Shown in pieces: positions 25,800-34,969 of a stretch of DNA of 36,688 nucleotides; the stretch's first letter is position 1; every line of letters starts with the position of its first letter. The translations under genes were made by a program, and so were the position numbers. This DNA is from an uncultured Chlamydiae bacterium. Lineage in GTDB: Bacteria; Chlamydiota; Chlamydiia; Chlamydiales; JAJFMA01. The stretch covers positions 1-36,688 of the forward strand of contig CAMFKD010000002.1 in NCBI GenBank assembly GCA_945957095.1, written 5' to 3'. Under the pieces are notes generated by a model. It ran no database searches, was not told the origin of the DNA, and worked only from the letters and a program-made list of their open reading frames with translations.

Positions 25800-28700
25800 A
25801 TGTTCGAAGAAATCGAAGAAAAGACATTTCCTGCTCGTGAAGAAGAAGTATTAGATTTTTGGGAAAGTCAAGACATTTTCAAAAAGTCTATCGCCCAGCG
25901 CGCTAACAAACCGCCCTTTACTTTTTATGATGGACCTCCTTTTGCGACGGGCTTGCCGCACTATGGCCACCACCTAGCTGGAACAATAAAAGATGTTGTC
26001 CCACGTTACAAAACGATGAAGGGATTTTGTGTCCCGCGGCGTTTTGGTTGGGATTGCCATGGGTTGCCGGTGGAGAGCGAGATTGAGAAAGCGCATAACC
26101 TCTCAGGAGCAGATTCAATAGAACGTTTTGGGGTGGCTAACTTTAATGAAGCGTGCCGCAACATTGTTCTGCGCTATACAGAAGAGTGGCGTTCAGCTGT
26201 CAAGCGCATGGGCCGTTGGGTGGACTTCGACAATGTCTATCGTACGATGGATCCTTCCTTTATGGAGTCTGTTTGGTGGGCTTTTAAGCAGCTCCATGAG
26301 AAAGGACTCGTTTATGAAGGGTTTAAAGTGATGCCATTCTCAGCTAAGCTGGGAACGCCCTTGTCCAACTTTGAGGCCGGAGAAAACTACAAAGACGTTG
26401 ATGATCCTGCTTTGACAGTAGCGTTCACCCTTGTCGACGACCCAACGACCTCATTCTTGGCTTGGACGACGACACCTTGGACGCTCATCTCCAACCTAGC
26501 TTTGATGGTAGGGCCGGATGTCGATTATGTGAAAGTGCGCGATGCCAAAAGCGAACGCAGCTACATTTTAGCGCGGGCACGGCTGTCGACTTATTATAGC
26601 AGTCCTGATGACTATCATGAGTTGGAGAGTTTTAAAGGCAGAGATCTAATCGGTAAGCGTTATCGGCCACTTTTCGACTACTTTGCTGAACGCAGAGAGC
26701 TTGGAGCCTTTCGTGTGATACCTGAAGCTACAGTCTCCATCGACGAGGGAACGGGTATCGTCCATTGTGCCCCGGCTTTTGGCGAAGTAGACTTCTATGC
26801 TTGTCGCAGCGAGGGTATTGAGCTGGTCTGTCCTGTGGATAGCAATGGACGCTTCTCCGCTGATATCGAAGAGTATCGCGGTCTCTTTGTTAAGGATGCA
26901 GACAAAGACATCATCAAGCGCCTTAAGGCAGCTGGCCATGTCTTTCATCAGGCCACCATCCGCCACCGCTATCCCTTCTGTCCGCGATCTGACACACCTC
27001 TGATCTATAAAGCTGTCAGTACCTGGTTTGTGGCTGTAGAGAAAATTAAGGATCGGATGGTTGAGCTTAACCAGCAGATCCATTGGACACCTGAGTTCAT
27101 CAAACATAAGCGCTTTGGCAATTGGCTAGCGGGCGCGCGTGACTGGGCTATCAGCCGTAATCGCTATTGGGGGACACCGATTCCTATCTGGCGCGCTGAC
27201 GATGGCGAACTGCTTGTCATCGGTAGTATAGCAGAGCTGCAGGCGTTGACGGGAAGTCAGATCACAGACTTACACCGTCACTTCATCGATGAATTGCCTC
27301 TTGTCAAAGATGGCAAAGTGTTTAAGCGAGTCTCGGAGGTCTTTGACTGCTGGTTCGAATCGGGGTCGATGCCATATGCGCAAAACCACTACCCATTTGA
27401 AAATGAAGAGTTGTTTCAGCAGACGTTTCCAGCTGACTTTATCGCTGAGGGCTTGGATCAGACGCGTGGTTGGTTTTACACTCTCATGGTGTTGTCGACC
27501 ATATTGTTTGATTCGCCGCCATTTAAAAATGTCATCGTCAACGGCATCATTTTAGCCGCCGATGGCGCTAAGATGTCTAAACGTTTACGCAACTATCCCG
27601 ATCCGGTTCATGTTATCAACCAGTATGGCGCGGATGCCATACGCCTCTATATGTTGAATAGCCCTGCCGTTAAGGCTGATGACCTTTCTTTCAATGAGAA
27701 GGGTGTGGAGCTGGTACTGAGACAGGTACTGATCCCGTGGTGGAATGCCTATAGCTTCTTCATCACCTATGCGCGACTCTATCAATGGAAACCTTCAGCT
27801 ATTCCTGTCAAGCCGGAGAAGGAGATTGATCAGTGGATTCTCTCTATGCTGTACAAGCTGGTTCATGATGTAGAGAGAGGGATGGATGGCTATGATCTCA
27901 GTGCTGCTGTCGAGCCTCTTGTCGGCTTTGTCGATCAGCTGACCAACTGGTATATCAGGCGTTCGCGCCGCCGTTTTTGGGATGAGCAGGCATCGCCAGA
28001 CCGTGATCAGGCATTTTCTACTCTATATCAGGTTCTCGTGGTCCTTTGCCAGGTGGCAGCTCCTTTTGTTCCGTTCCTGAGCGAGACGCTTTACCGCAAC
28101 CTCCGAAGAGAAGACATGCCGGAGTCCGTACACCTGTGCGATTATCCCGTCTACCATGCCGACCGCCGTGACATTGGATTGGAGTTGGCGATGGATGCCG
28201 TACAGCGTTGTGTCAGCTTAGGACATGCCCTCCGAAAGGAATGCCGTGTGAAGGTGCGTCAACCTTTGCCATCAGCACATGTTGCTTCTGGTGATCCTGA
28301 TATCTTGGCAGCTTTGCAATCGCATACCTACCTCATCGCTGATGAGCTTAACGTCAAAGAAGTTTATCTCAGTGCCAATGAGGAGCAGTTTGTCAGCCTA
28401 AGAGCAAAGCCTAATTTCCGCATCTTGGGTAAGAAGCTAGGGGCTCTGATGCCGCAGGCGAAGGAACTGATCGCGCGCTTTAGCCGAAAGGAACTCATGC
28501 ACCTTCTGGATGGACAACCGGTTTCCATTCTGATTGGCAACGATACCTTTGAGATCACACCGGAGGATGTCGAGGTTGAGCGTGTCGTTCATGAGGGACG
28601 TGTGGCGGCTAATGAAGGCGCCATCACCATCGCACTCGACACAACGCTGAATGATGAGTTGATCTTGGAGGGCCTTGCTCGCGAAGTTGTCAATAAGGTG

Positions 28701-28913
28701 AACACGATGCGCCGGGAGGCGGGTTTGGCGGTGACCGATCGCATCTCGCTGGTGTTAGACACAACAGACAAGGTACGTCGCTGCTTCGACATTCACGGCT
28801 CCTATATTGCTGGCGAAGTGTTGGCGGTTGAAGTGCTTTTCGATACCTGTAACGGCACTTCTTGGGATCTCAACGGAGAGGCCGCGACCATTGCCATGAC
28901 TCGTAAGGGGTAG
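25800..28913 (+). CDS. ileS: Isoleucine--tRNA ligase, type 2 (eukaryote/archaeal-like)
   Basis: 1037 aa. HIGH is HYGHHLAG and KMSKS is KMSKR. It has the CP1 editing insert and the type-2 C-terminal extension, with no C-terminal Zn cluster. Confidence 0.97.
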   Translation: MFEEIEEKTFPAREEEVLDFWESQDIFKKSIAQRANKPPFTFYDGPPFATGLPHYGHHLAGTIKDVVPRYKTMKGFCVPRRFGWDCHGLPVESEIEKAHNLSGADSIERFGVANFNEACRNIVLRYTEEWRSAVKRMGRWVDFDNVYRTMDPSFMESVWWAFKQLHEKGLVYEGFKVMPFSAKLGTPLSNFEAGENYKDVDDPALTVAFTLVDDPTTSFLAWTTTPWTLISNLALMVGPDVDYVKVRDAKSERSYILARARLSTYYSSPDDYHELESFKGRDLIGKRYRPLFDYFAERRELGAFRVIPEATVSIDEGTGIVHCAPAFGEVDFYACRSEGIELVCPVDSNGRFSADIEEYRGLFVKDADKDIIKRLKAAGHVFHQATIRHRYPFCPRSDTPLIYKAVSTWFVAVEKIKDRMVELNQQIHWTPEFIKHKRFGNWLAGARDWAISRNRYWGTPIPIWRADDGELLVIGSIAELQALTGSQITDLHRHFIDELPLVKDGKVFKRVSEVFDCWFESGSMPYAQNHYPFENEELFQQTFPADFIAEGLDQTRGWFYTLMVLSTILFDSPPFKNVIVNGIILAADGAKMSKRLRNYPDPVHVINQYGADAIRLYMLNSPAVKADDLSFNEKGVELVLRQVLIPWWNAYSFFITYARLYQWKPSAIPVKPEKEIDQWILSMLYKLVHDVERGMDGYDLSAAVEPLVGFVDQLTNWYIRRSRRRFWDEQASPDRDQAFSTLYQVLVVLCQVAAPFVPFLSETLYRNLRREDMPESVHLCDYPVYHADRRDIGLELAMDAVQRCVSLGHALRKECRVKVRQPLPSAHVASGDPDILAALQSHTYLIADELNVKEVYLSANEEQFVSLRAKPNFRILGKKLGALMPQAKELIARFSRKELMHLLDGQPVSILIGNDTFEITPEDVEVERVVHEGRVAANEGAITIALDTTLNDELILEGLAREVVNKVNTMRREAGLAVTDRISLVLDTTDKVRRCFDIHGSYIAGEVLAVEVLFDTCNGTSWDLNGEAATIAMTRKG

Positions 28914-28915
28914 CT

Positions 28916-29578
28916 ATGACAGCACAGTTTCATGTCGCTGCCGCTATCTTTGATATGGATGGTGTCTTGGTTGATAGCGTTCCGATCCACCGTCAAGCAT
29001 GGGAGAAGGTTGCCGCTAGACTTGGCAAGCCCTTTACGCATGAGATGTTTCAGTTGGGCAATGGCCGCACAGCCCTGAGTCATGTGTTGGCTTTGAACTG
29101 GACGGAATGCCATGTTGAAGGGCAACAGTTGGCGGAAGAAAAAGAAGCAACTTATCGGCGTTTGGTTGAAGAACTAGGTGTTAAGGCTGTAGAGGGCGTG
29201 AAGACCTTTCTGGACCAGGTGACAGCTTTAGGTATTCCCTGCGCTGTTGGCACTTCTGCTCCTGGCGACAATCAACATATGATGCTGCGTATGACGGGGT
29301 TAGAAGGCTATTTTAAGGTCTTTGTCAATAGTGATGACGTTAAGGCAGCTAAGCCGGCGCCCGACATCTTTCTAAGAGCAGCCCAATGTTTAGGCACCGC
29401 CCCTGTTCGCTGCGTCGTCTTTGAAGATGCTCCATTAGGAATTCAAGCGGCGAAGGCGGCTGGTATGAAAGTAGTGGCATTAAGCCTCACCCATCCTCCA
29501 GATGAGCTTCGAGAAGCAGATATCGTTGTTTCAAGTTTTGCAGAGCTCTCCGTATCAGAGCTTTTCTCGCGAGCGTAA
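28916..29578 (+). CDS. HAD-IA family hydrolase (beta-phosphoglucomutase-like)
   Basis: Motif I is IFDMDGVLVDS, motif II is VGTSA, and motifs III/IV are KPAPDIF ... FEDAPLGIQAAKAAGM. It starts 2 nt after ileS. Confidence 0.85.
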   Translation: MTAQFHVAAAIFDMDGVLVDSVPIHRQAWEKVAARLGKPFTHEMFQLGNGRTALSHVLALNWTECHVEGQQLAEEKEATYRRLVEELGVKAVEGVKTFLDQVTALGIPCAVGTSAPGDNQHMMLRMTGLEGYFKVFVNSDDVKAAKPAPDIFLRAAQCLGTAPVRCVVFEDAPLGIQAAKAAGMKVVALSLTHPPDELREADIVVSSFAELSVSELFSRA

Positions 29579-31252
29579 AAAGTAGACACCATAGCAGAGA
29601 GCCGCCAGCAGCCACACGGCACCCCATACAATAGAGCGGGGTAGAGTTGCCCATGGCATCAGAGGTTGTGCTGGAGCGCCCCAGCGGCTGCCTGCTGGCC
29701 ACAGGAGATAGCTAGGAGATCCTTGTAGATTCTCTTCGGGTATAAAGCCAAAGTAGCGACTATCGACGCTGCGAGCGTGATTGTCTCCGAGGACTAAGTA
29801 GTGCTTTTCCGGCACCTTTAAACCAAGCGCTTTGATAAGGCGTTTATTCACTTTACCATTCTGAACAGGCGCTCCACGGTCAATAAAGGCAATATAGGGG
29901 CGGTTGCGGGGTGAGCTTTTCTGCCGTTCCAATTCATGAGAGATGTAGTACTGCATTGCTGGTTCATTCTTGAGGATGATAGGAACACCCATGACATACA
30001 GATCGCCATCGCGGAAATAGGCAAAACGCGATGGGTAATCGACTTGGTTAGCCTTGGTGGGGGAGTAGTTGGTGTCCAGCTCGATACCCAAATTAAAGAG
30101 CCGTTGTACGTTGGTAGGTGTCTTGCGATAGAGAGGGTGTCCCTTTTCTACACGTTGTGACTTGCCAGACCAGCTGATAGTTTCGGCTTTGCCGCGATAG
30201 AATTCATATGTGCCATCCGGCACCGCGGGCATCAAAGGACTGTTGCGGCCAAATGTGACACCGTCGACGTTGTAGAGTGCTGCACGACCATCTTTCACGA
30301 CAAAGCGTGAGGTGTACATGGCATCCATCAGACGCGCCACATGGTGTTCCTGCAGCGGGATCACGGTGACATGCGGCGTCACCAGCAGGCGTATCCGCCC
30401 ATCGGGCCCTTCTTGAAAACGTGCTCGTGGGTAGGTGAGGCTTGGATTGTGGCGTAGTTCAAGGTAGAGGACCGTATCTTCTAACGTGTCGGGGTTGATG
30501 TCGCTCAGCTCTCGCACCTGCTCTTTTGTCAATAGCCGCGCCATCGCATAGTGGCCCATGCCCCAGAAGTCTGTGTATGTTTCGACTCCTAGATGCTCTG
30601 TACGTTGAGCTAGGGGGTTGTCTACGACCCATTCGCCATGGACGGGGATCTCACCGTCTAAAACGCCATAGCCTTTGAAGGTAAGACGTCCTACAGGCTG
30701 TCCCATCTGGTTGAGGAAGATCTGATGGACTAGGTTGCTGCCTTCGGCTGTAGCGGTCGTCAAACGTCCTTCGAAGGAACTGAAGGGGACATATTCCAAT
30801 CCATACATCCATGGTGCTGTGAACTCGGGAGTGATATCTTTGCCGTCGCGATCAATCCCGTAAATGTGTCCGCCATAGAAATACAGGATGTCGCCCGGCT
30901 TGCCGATTAAGCGTTTGATGTAGCGTTTCTTGGTGGGGAACAGGCCCATGTAGTGAGTGTTGGCATCTGGGATGTCGATGTTATCACCTGACCACACAAC
31001 GATGTCTGTACGTTTGACCAAGCTGGGGTCAAAGTAGAAATGTGCCGTGGTGAATGGTTTATTGACCCCGAAAGCTGCCTTGCTCACCACGACATGATCT
31101 TTCTCACGAAAGGTTGGTCGCATCGAACCGGTGGGAATCTGGTATAGCTCGAACCACACCTGCCGTACTACTACTGTCACGGTGGCTAATAGCACAATAG
31201 CGAGGACAGTTCTTATCGCTAGGTATTTCAGATTCCAAGAGCTAGGTTTCAT
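29555..31252 (-). CDS. lepB: Signal peptidase I, long form
   Basis: Box B is PTGSMRPTF, box D is KRLIGKPGD and box E is GDNHARSVDSRYFGFIPEENL. N- and C-terminal TM segments are present. 565 aa, with large insertions as in chlamydial LepB. Confidence 0.9.
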   Translation of the reverse strand: MKPSSWNLKYLAIRTVLAIVLLATVTVVVRQVWFELYQIPTGSMRPTFREKDHVVVSKAAFGVNKPFTTAHFYFDPSLVKRTDIVVWSGDNIDIPDANTHYMGLFPTKKRYIKRLIGKPGDILYFYGGHIYGIDRDGKDITPEFTAPWMYGLEYVPFSSFEGRLTTATAEGSNLVHQIFLNQMGQPVGRLTFKGYGVLDGEIPVHGEWVVDNPLAQRTEHLGVETYTDFWGMGHYAMARLLTKEQVRELSDINPDTLEDTVLYLELRHNPSLTYPRARFQEGPDGRIRLLVTPHVTVIPLQEHHVARLMDAMYTSRFVVKDGRAALYNVDGVTFGRNSPLMPAVPDGTYEFYRGKAETISWSGKSQRVEKGHPLYRKTPTNVQRLFNLGIELDTNYSPTKANQVDYPSRFAYFRDGDLYVMGVPIILKNEPAMQYYISHELERQKSSPRNRPYIAFIDRGAPVQNGKVNKRLIKALGLKVPEKHYLVLGDNHARSVDSRYFGFIPEENLQGSPSYLLWPAGSRWGAPAQPLMPWATLPRSIVWGAVWLLAALCYGVYFLRSREKL

Positions 31253-31380
31253 AGCTGGTCATGGTAGCGCGTCCTTAGGCAAAATTCAAGAAGAAGAGCT
31301 CCAGCGGCAGGTGACTGACCATTAAAAGCAATTTTTCAAATCGATCGATACATATCTTCCGGCCACAAACGACAAAAACT

Positions 31381-31500
31381 TTCCTTCCCCTCTGTGTCCT
31401 CTGCGACTCTGTCTTCTCTGTGTAACCCTCCCCATTACCCTCTCTCCTTTGCGTCTTAGCGCCTCTGCAGTCTTTGCGTTAATCTGATCCCTCTCACCAC
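31381..31500 (+). repeat. Pyrimidine-rich tract with five CTCTG(T/C) motifs
   Basis: My hand count gives 92 of 120 pyrimidines on the + strand: cctctgtgtcctctgcgactctgtcttctctgtgt...cctctgcag. It lies in the 287-nt spacer upstream of lepB. Confidence 0.5.
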
Positions 31501-31539
31501 GAGACCGTTAACTACACATGCGGTTCACTTCATCCGCCA

Positions 31540-32256
31540 TTATTTTTTCGGGGGGGGTATTGGCAAGGTGCCGGAATCCACGATGCGCATGCGGGCTTTT
31601 CCGACGACCCCACTGACCTGTACCCAGTAGGGGAAATAGGAGGGATAGTTACCTTCTTGTTCGGGGAGGTAGAGTTCAATCGTTTTGCCGGCTAGCTCGC
31701 TGCCATCATTAGGCCAGCGTGCTTTCCAAGCGCTGAAGGTAGCGCCGGGCACGACCTGTCCCTCTACCACAAGGCGAGGCTGCCATAAGCCACGCGTGTC
31801 CTTTCCGCCATCCTGTGACGGGCCGACACGTCGACGTTGCCTATAGTTCATCGCTTCTAGGTTTAGGTTTAATAAGGTTCCTAGATAGCTGTCGGCAGCG
31901 GCACCTTCTAGACGACAGTTTTGCGTGTAGGAAAAAACTTGTAGCAGCTGCCCGCTGTGGGCGTCGAGATCATACACAATCCATGCGGTATGGCCAGGAG
32001 CATTCTGGTTTAGCCACTCACGCCAAGAGTGGATATGGGCAGGAAAGCGGCCTTCGGCAATCGAGATCTCCTGGATGCGGATGAGAGAATCGGTGCGATC
32101 TGTCACCATCAATAGGGTGTTAGTACGGTTTTGTGAAGTGACGATGTAGTCGCCAGCTTTGGCTTTGTGTAGGTTGTGCCGGAGCGATAGATCAGCATAG
32201 CTGCAAGTTGTTACTGCACAAAACAATAAGAAAGCCGCCAAACACCGTTTTATCAT
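31540..32256 (-). CDS. Hypothetical secreted protein
   Basis: ATG at 32256 is preceded by GGTGGGG; ATG 32271 is also possible. The signal peptide is MIKRCLAAFLLFCAVTTCSYA. The gene ends ...IPPPKK across a C8/A6 homopolymer pair. Confidence 0.6.
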   Translation of the reverse strand: MIKRCLAAFLLFCAVTTCSYADLSLRHNLHKAKAGDYIVTSQNRTNTLLMVTDRTDSLIRIQEISIAEGRFPAHIHSWREWLNQNAPGHTAWIVYDLDAHSGQLLQVFSYTQNCRLEGAAADSYLGTLLNLNLEAMNYRQRRRVGPSQDGGKDTRGLWQPRLVVEGQVVPGATFSAWKARWPNDGSELAGKTIELYLPEQEGNYPSYFPYWVQVSGVVGKARMRIVDSGTLPIPPPKK

Positions 32257-32372
32257 CGCGTACCCCACCATAGCATGGGGTAGAGTGTAGGGCTTTATTC
32301 TATTACTCTCTACACCTTTTTAGTAGAAACAGTCATAATGGCGCCACCAACTCTTACTTAAAGGATTGCTCT

Positions 32373-33887
32373 ATGGTCTCTTCTGCAGTACCGAGTGCCT
32401 ATCCCTATATCTACCGCGAGTCGCTGGCACTGTTGACCGACTTTTACCAGCTCACCATGGCATTAGGGTATTGGCGGCAGGGGTTGCATCAGAGACCCTC
32501 TGCTTTTCATATGTTCTTCCGCCGCGCTCCCTTTGAAGGAGGCTTTGCCATCGCTGCTGGGTTGCAGCCATTCATCGAATTTGTGGAGAGTTTCCGCTTT
32601 TCACCTTCCGACCTGGACTACTTGGCTGACCTTAGGAGTCCTCAGGGCGAGGTGCTCTTCCCACAAGACTTTCTCAAATATCTGTCGGAGCTTCGAATTA
32701 CATGCGATATCGATGCTGTGCCGGAAGGGACGGTCGTCTTCCCTTATGAGCCACTCATTCGTGTGACGGGTCCTTTGCTCGAGGCGCAACTGCTAGAATC
32801 GCCTCTGCTGAACCTAGTGAACTTCCCTTCTCTCATCGCCACTAAGGCAGCGCGTGTCAGTTTGGCCGCTAAAGGGGACGAGATCCTGGAGTTTGGGCTT
32901 AGGCGTGCCCAAGGTGTCGATGGTGGTTTGACAGCTAGCCGAGCAGCTTACATTGGTGGCTGTACGGCGACCTCCAACGTTTTGGCTGGTAAGATCTTTG
33001 ACATTCCTGTGCGCGGCACGCATTCGCATAGCTGGATTATGGTGTTTGACGATGAATTGGCAGCATTTGAAGCCTATGCGGATGCCATGCCTGCCAACTG
33101 TGTCTTCTTGGTGGATACCTACAACACTGTGTCAGGTATACGCCACGCCATCGACATCGGGAAGAAGCTGCGCCAGCGCGGCCATGAGATGATTGGCGTG
33201 CGTTTGGATTCAGGCGATCTCACCTACCTCAGCATCAAAGCACGCGAGATGCTGGACAGTGCCGGATTCTCTAATGCCTCTATCGTTGCTAGTAATGAAT
33301 TGGATGAGTGGCTCATCAGCGAGATGAAGCACCAAGGCGCTAAAGTCACCGTCTGGGGCGTTGGGACACACCTGGTGACGGGGTTTGACTGTCCTGCACT
33401 GGATGGCGTTTATAAGTTGAGCGCCATCCAAGATGACGATGGATGCTGGCAGTACAAGCTGAAGCTGTCAGAACAGATGCGCAAGATTTCTAACCCTGGA
33501 ATCTTGCAGGTCGCGCGTTTTTCACGTCATGGTGCTGCTGTCGCTGATGTTATTTACGATACGTTGTTGGGGTTACCATCCCCTTGCACAATCGTCGATC
33601 CGTTCGATGCTACGCGTGAGAAGCTGTTGTCGAATGAGGATGACAGACAAGATCTGTTAGTTCCCATCTTTAGGCAAGGACAAAGGGTGTATACTTCGCC
33701 ATCGCTGGCGCAGATTCGTGCTGATGTGCAACACAACTTATCGCACTTCCACTACACCATTAAGCGCTTTGTTAATCCTCATCAATATGTGGTGGGGATG
33801 GAACGAAATCTGTATGATGTTAAAGTCAACCTCATCAAGAAAATTCGCCAAGGACAGGCAGCTAAGATCGCTTCTAGAGGGGAATAA
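32373..33887 (+). CDS. pncB: Nicotinate phosphoribosyltransferase
   Basis: The N-terminus is LLTDFYQLTMALGYW, followed by GTHSHSW and GVRLDSGD. The ~500-aa length is typical of the long NAPRTase class. Confidence 0.9.
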   Translation: MVSSAVPSAYPYIYRESLALLTDFYQLTMALGYWRQGLHQRPSAFHMFFRRAPFEGGFAIAAGLQPFIEFVESFRFSPSDLDYLADLRSPQGEVLFPQDFLKYLSELRITCDIDAVPEGTVVFPYEPLIRVTGPLLEAQLLESPLLNLVNFPSLIATKAARVSLAAKGDEILEFGLRRAQGVDGGLTASRAAYIGGCTATSNVLAGKIFDIPVRGTHSHSWIMVFDDELAAFEAYADAMPANCVFLVDTYNTVSGIRHAIDIGKKLRQRGHEMIGVRLDSGDLTYLSIKAREMLDSAGFSNASIVASNELDEWLISEMKHQGAKVTVWGVGTHLVTGFDCPALDGVYKLSAIQDDDGCWQYKLKLSEQMRKISNPGILQVARFSRHGAAVADVIYDTLLGLPSPCTIVDPFDATREKLLSNEDDRQDLLVPIFRQGQRVYTSPSLAQIRADVQHNLSHFHYTIKRFVNPHQYVVGMERNLYDVKVNLIKKIRQGQAAKIASRGE

Positions 33888-33894
33888 AAGAGAT

Positions 33895-34524
33895 ATGAAA
33901 ACAGCTTTGGTTCTTGTCGATATTCAAAATGATTTTGTTCCAGGTGGTTCTTTAGCAGTGCCTGGAGGAGATACCATCATCCCTATCATCGAAAGGCTAG
34001 TGAAGATGCCTTTTGATGTAATCGTTGCCACTAAAGATTGGCATCCTGCCAACCATGCCAGCTTTGCTTCCAACCACGGCAGGCAGCCTGGCGAGGTGAT
34101 TACCCTTGATGGCATTGAACAGATTTTATGGCCTGTCCATTGCGTTCAAGGAACTTCTGGTGCTGACTTTGTTCGTGGATGGGATAGTAACAAAGTACAC
34201 CAGGTGTTTCATAAAGGGACCGACCCTAAAGTTGATAGCTATAGTACCTTCTATGATAACGCTAAGAGGCGTTCCACAGGCTTAGCAGATTATTTGAGGG
34301 AGCTTGGCATCACGCGGATCTTTGTGGCAGGGTTGGCAACAGACTATTGCGTCAAATTTTCTGTGTTAGACGCCCGCGATCTTGGCTTTGATACCTATGT
34401 CGTTGTCGATGCTTGCCGCGGAATTGATCTGCACGAAGGCGACGTTGTCGCCACCTTGAAGCTGATAGAAGATCTAGGCGGCCATCTCTGTTCTTCTCAC
34501 GAAGTGGCTGGCCTGCTATCTTGA
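33895..34524 (+). CDS. pncA: Nicotinamidase/pyrazinamidase (isochorismatase fold)
   Basis: ATG at 33895, 8 nt after the pncB stop. The motifs are MKTALVLVDIQNDFVPGGSLAV, DWHP.NH (metal site) and GLATDYCV (catalytic Cys). The listed start at 33718 overlaps pncB and is rejected. Confidence 0.9.
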   Translation: MKTALVLVDIQNDFVPGGSLAVPGGDTIIPIIERLVKMPFDVIVATKDWHPANHASFASNHGRQPGEVITLDGIEQILWPVHCVQGTSGADFVRGWDSNKVHQVFHKGTDPKVDSYSTFYDNAKRRSTGLADYLRELGITRIFVAGLATDYCVKFSVLDARDLGFDTYVVVDACRGIDLHEGDVVATLKLIEDLGGHLCSSHEVAGLLS

Positions 34525-34528
34525 AGAG

Positions 34529-34603
34529 TCGGGGTAGTGGGATTCGAACCCACGACCTCTTCGTCCCGAACGAAGCGCGCTAGCCAAGCTGCGCTATACC
34601 CCG
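34529..34603 (-). tRNA. tRNA-Pro (anticodon CGG), CCA not encoded
   Basis: On the minus strand: CGGGGTA-TA-GCGC-AGCTTGGCTA-GCGC-G-CTTCG-TTCGGGA-CGAAG-AGGTC-GTGGG-TTCGAAT-CCCAC-TACCCCG-A. This folds into a full 75-nt cloverleaf. Confidence 0.92.
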
Positions 34604-34636
34604 AATAATCGCTACACGTATACCACGTTTAACTTT

Positions 34637-34918
34637 ATGGGTACAGATCTCCACTGCGTCATCCACTGTAAAGTGATCCCTAAAGCCAGTAAGAGCGCCG
34701 TTGTCGGTTGGGAAGGCGAGGTGTTGAAGGTGCGGCTTGCCGCTGTTCCAGAAAAAGGCAAGGCAAATGAAGAGTTAATACGCTTATTGGCTGATAGGTT
34801 GCACATCGCTAAAAGCCGAGTTGAGATAGTCAGTGGGGATACCAGTCGCCACAAGCGTATTCGCATTTCTGGCATGACTGCAGATGATGTTAGAACCTCT
34901 AGTCTGCTTGACATCTGA
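34637..34918 (+). CDS. DUF167 (YggU-like) family protein
   Basis: VIPKASKSAVVGWEGEVLKVRLAAVPEKGKANEELIRLLADRLHIAKSRVEIVSGDTSRHKRI matches the YggU pattern (KAN..L...L...L.V.KS.V.I..G..SR.K). Confidence 0.8.
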   Translation: MGTDLHCVIHCKVIPKASKSAVVGWEGEVLKVRLAAVPEKGKANEELIRLLADRLHIAKSRVEIVSGDTSRHKRIRISGMTADDVRTSSLLDI

Positions 34919-34969
34919 TGCCGTGATAGTTACCGTAGGAAGGTCAAAGGTAATGTTGAGGAGTTGACC

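Noticed and set aside
33718-33894. A 59-codon N-terminal extension of the pncA ORF overlapping pncB.
   Set aside because: The conserved nicotinamidase N-terminus (MKTALVLVDIQNDF) begins at ATG 33895, just after the pncB stop. The extension is an out-of-frame read of pncB.
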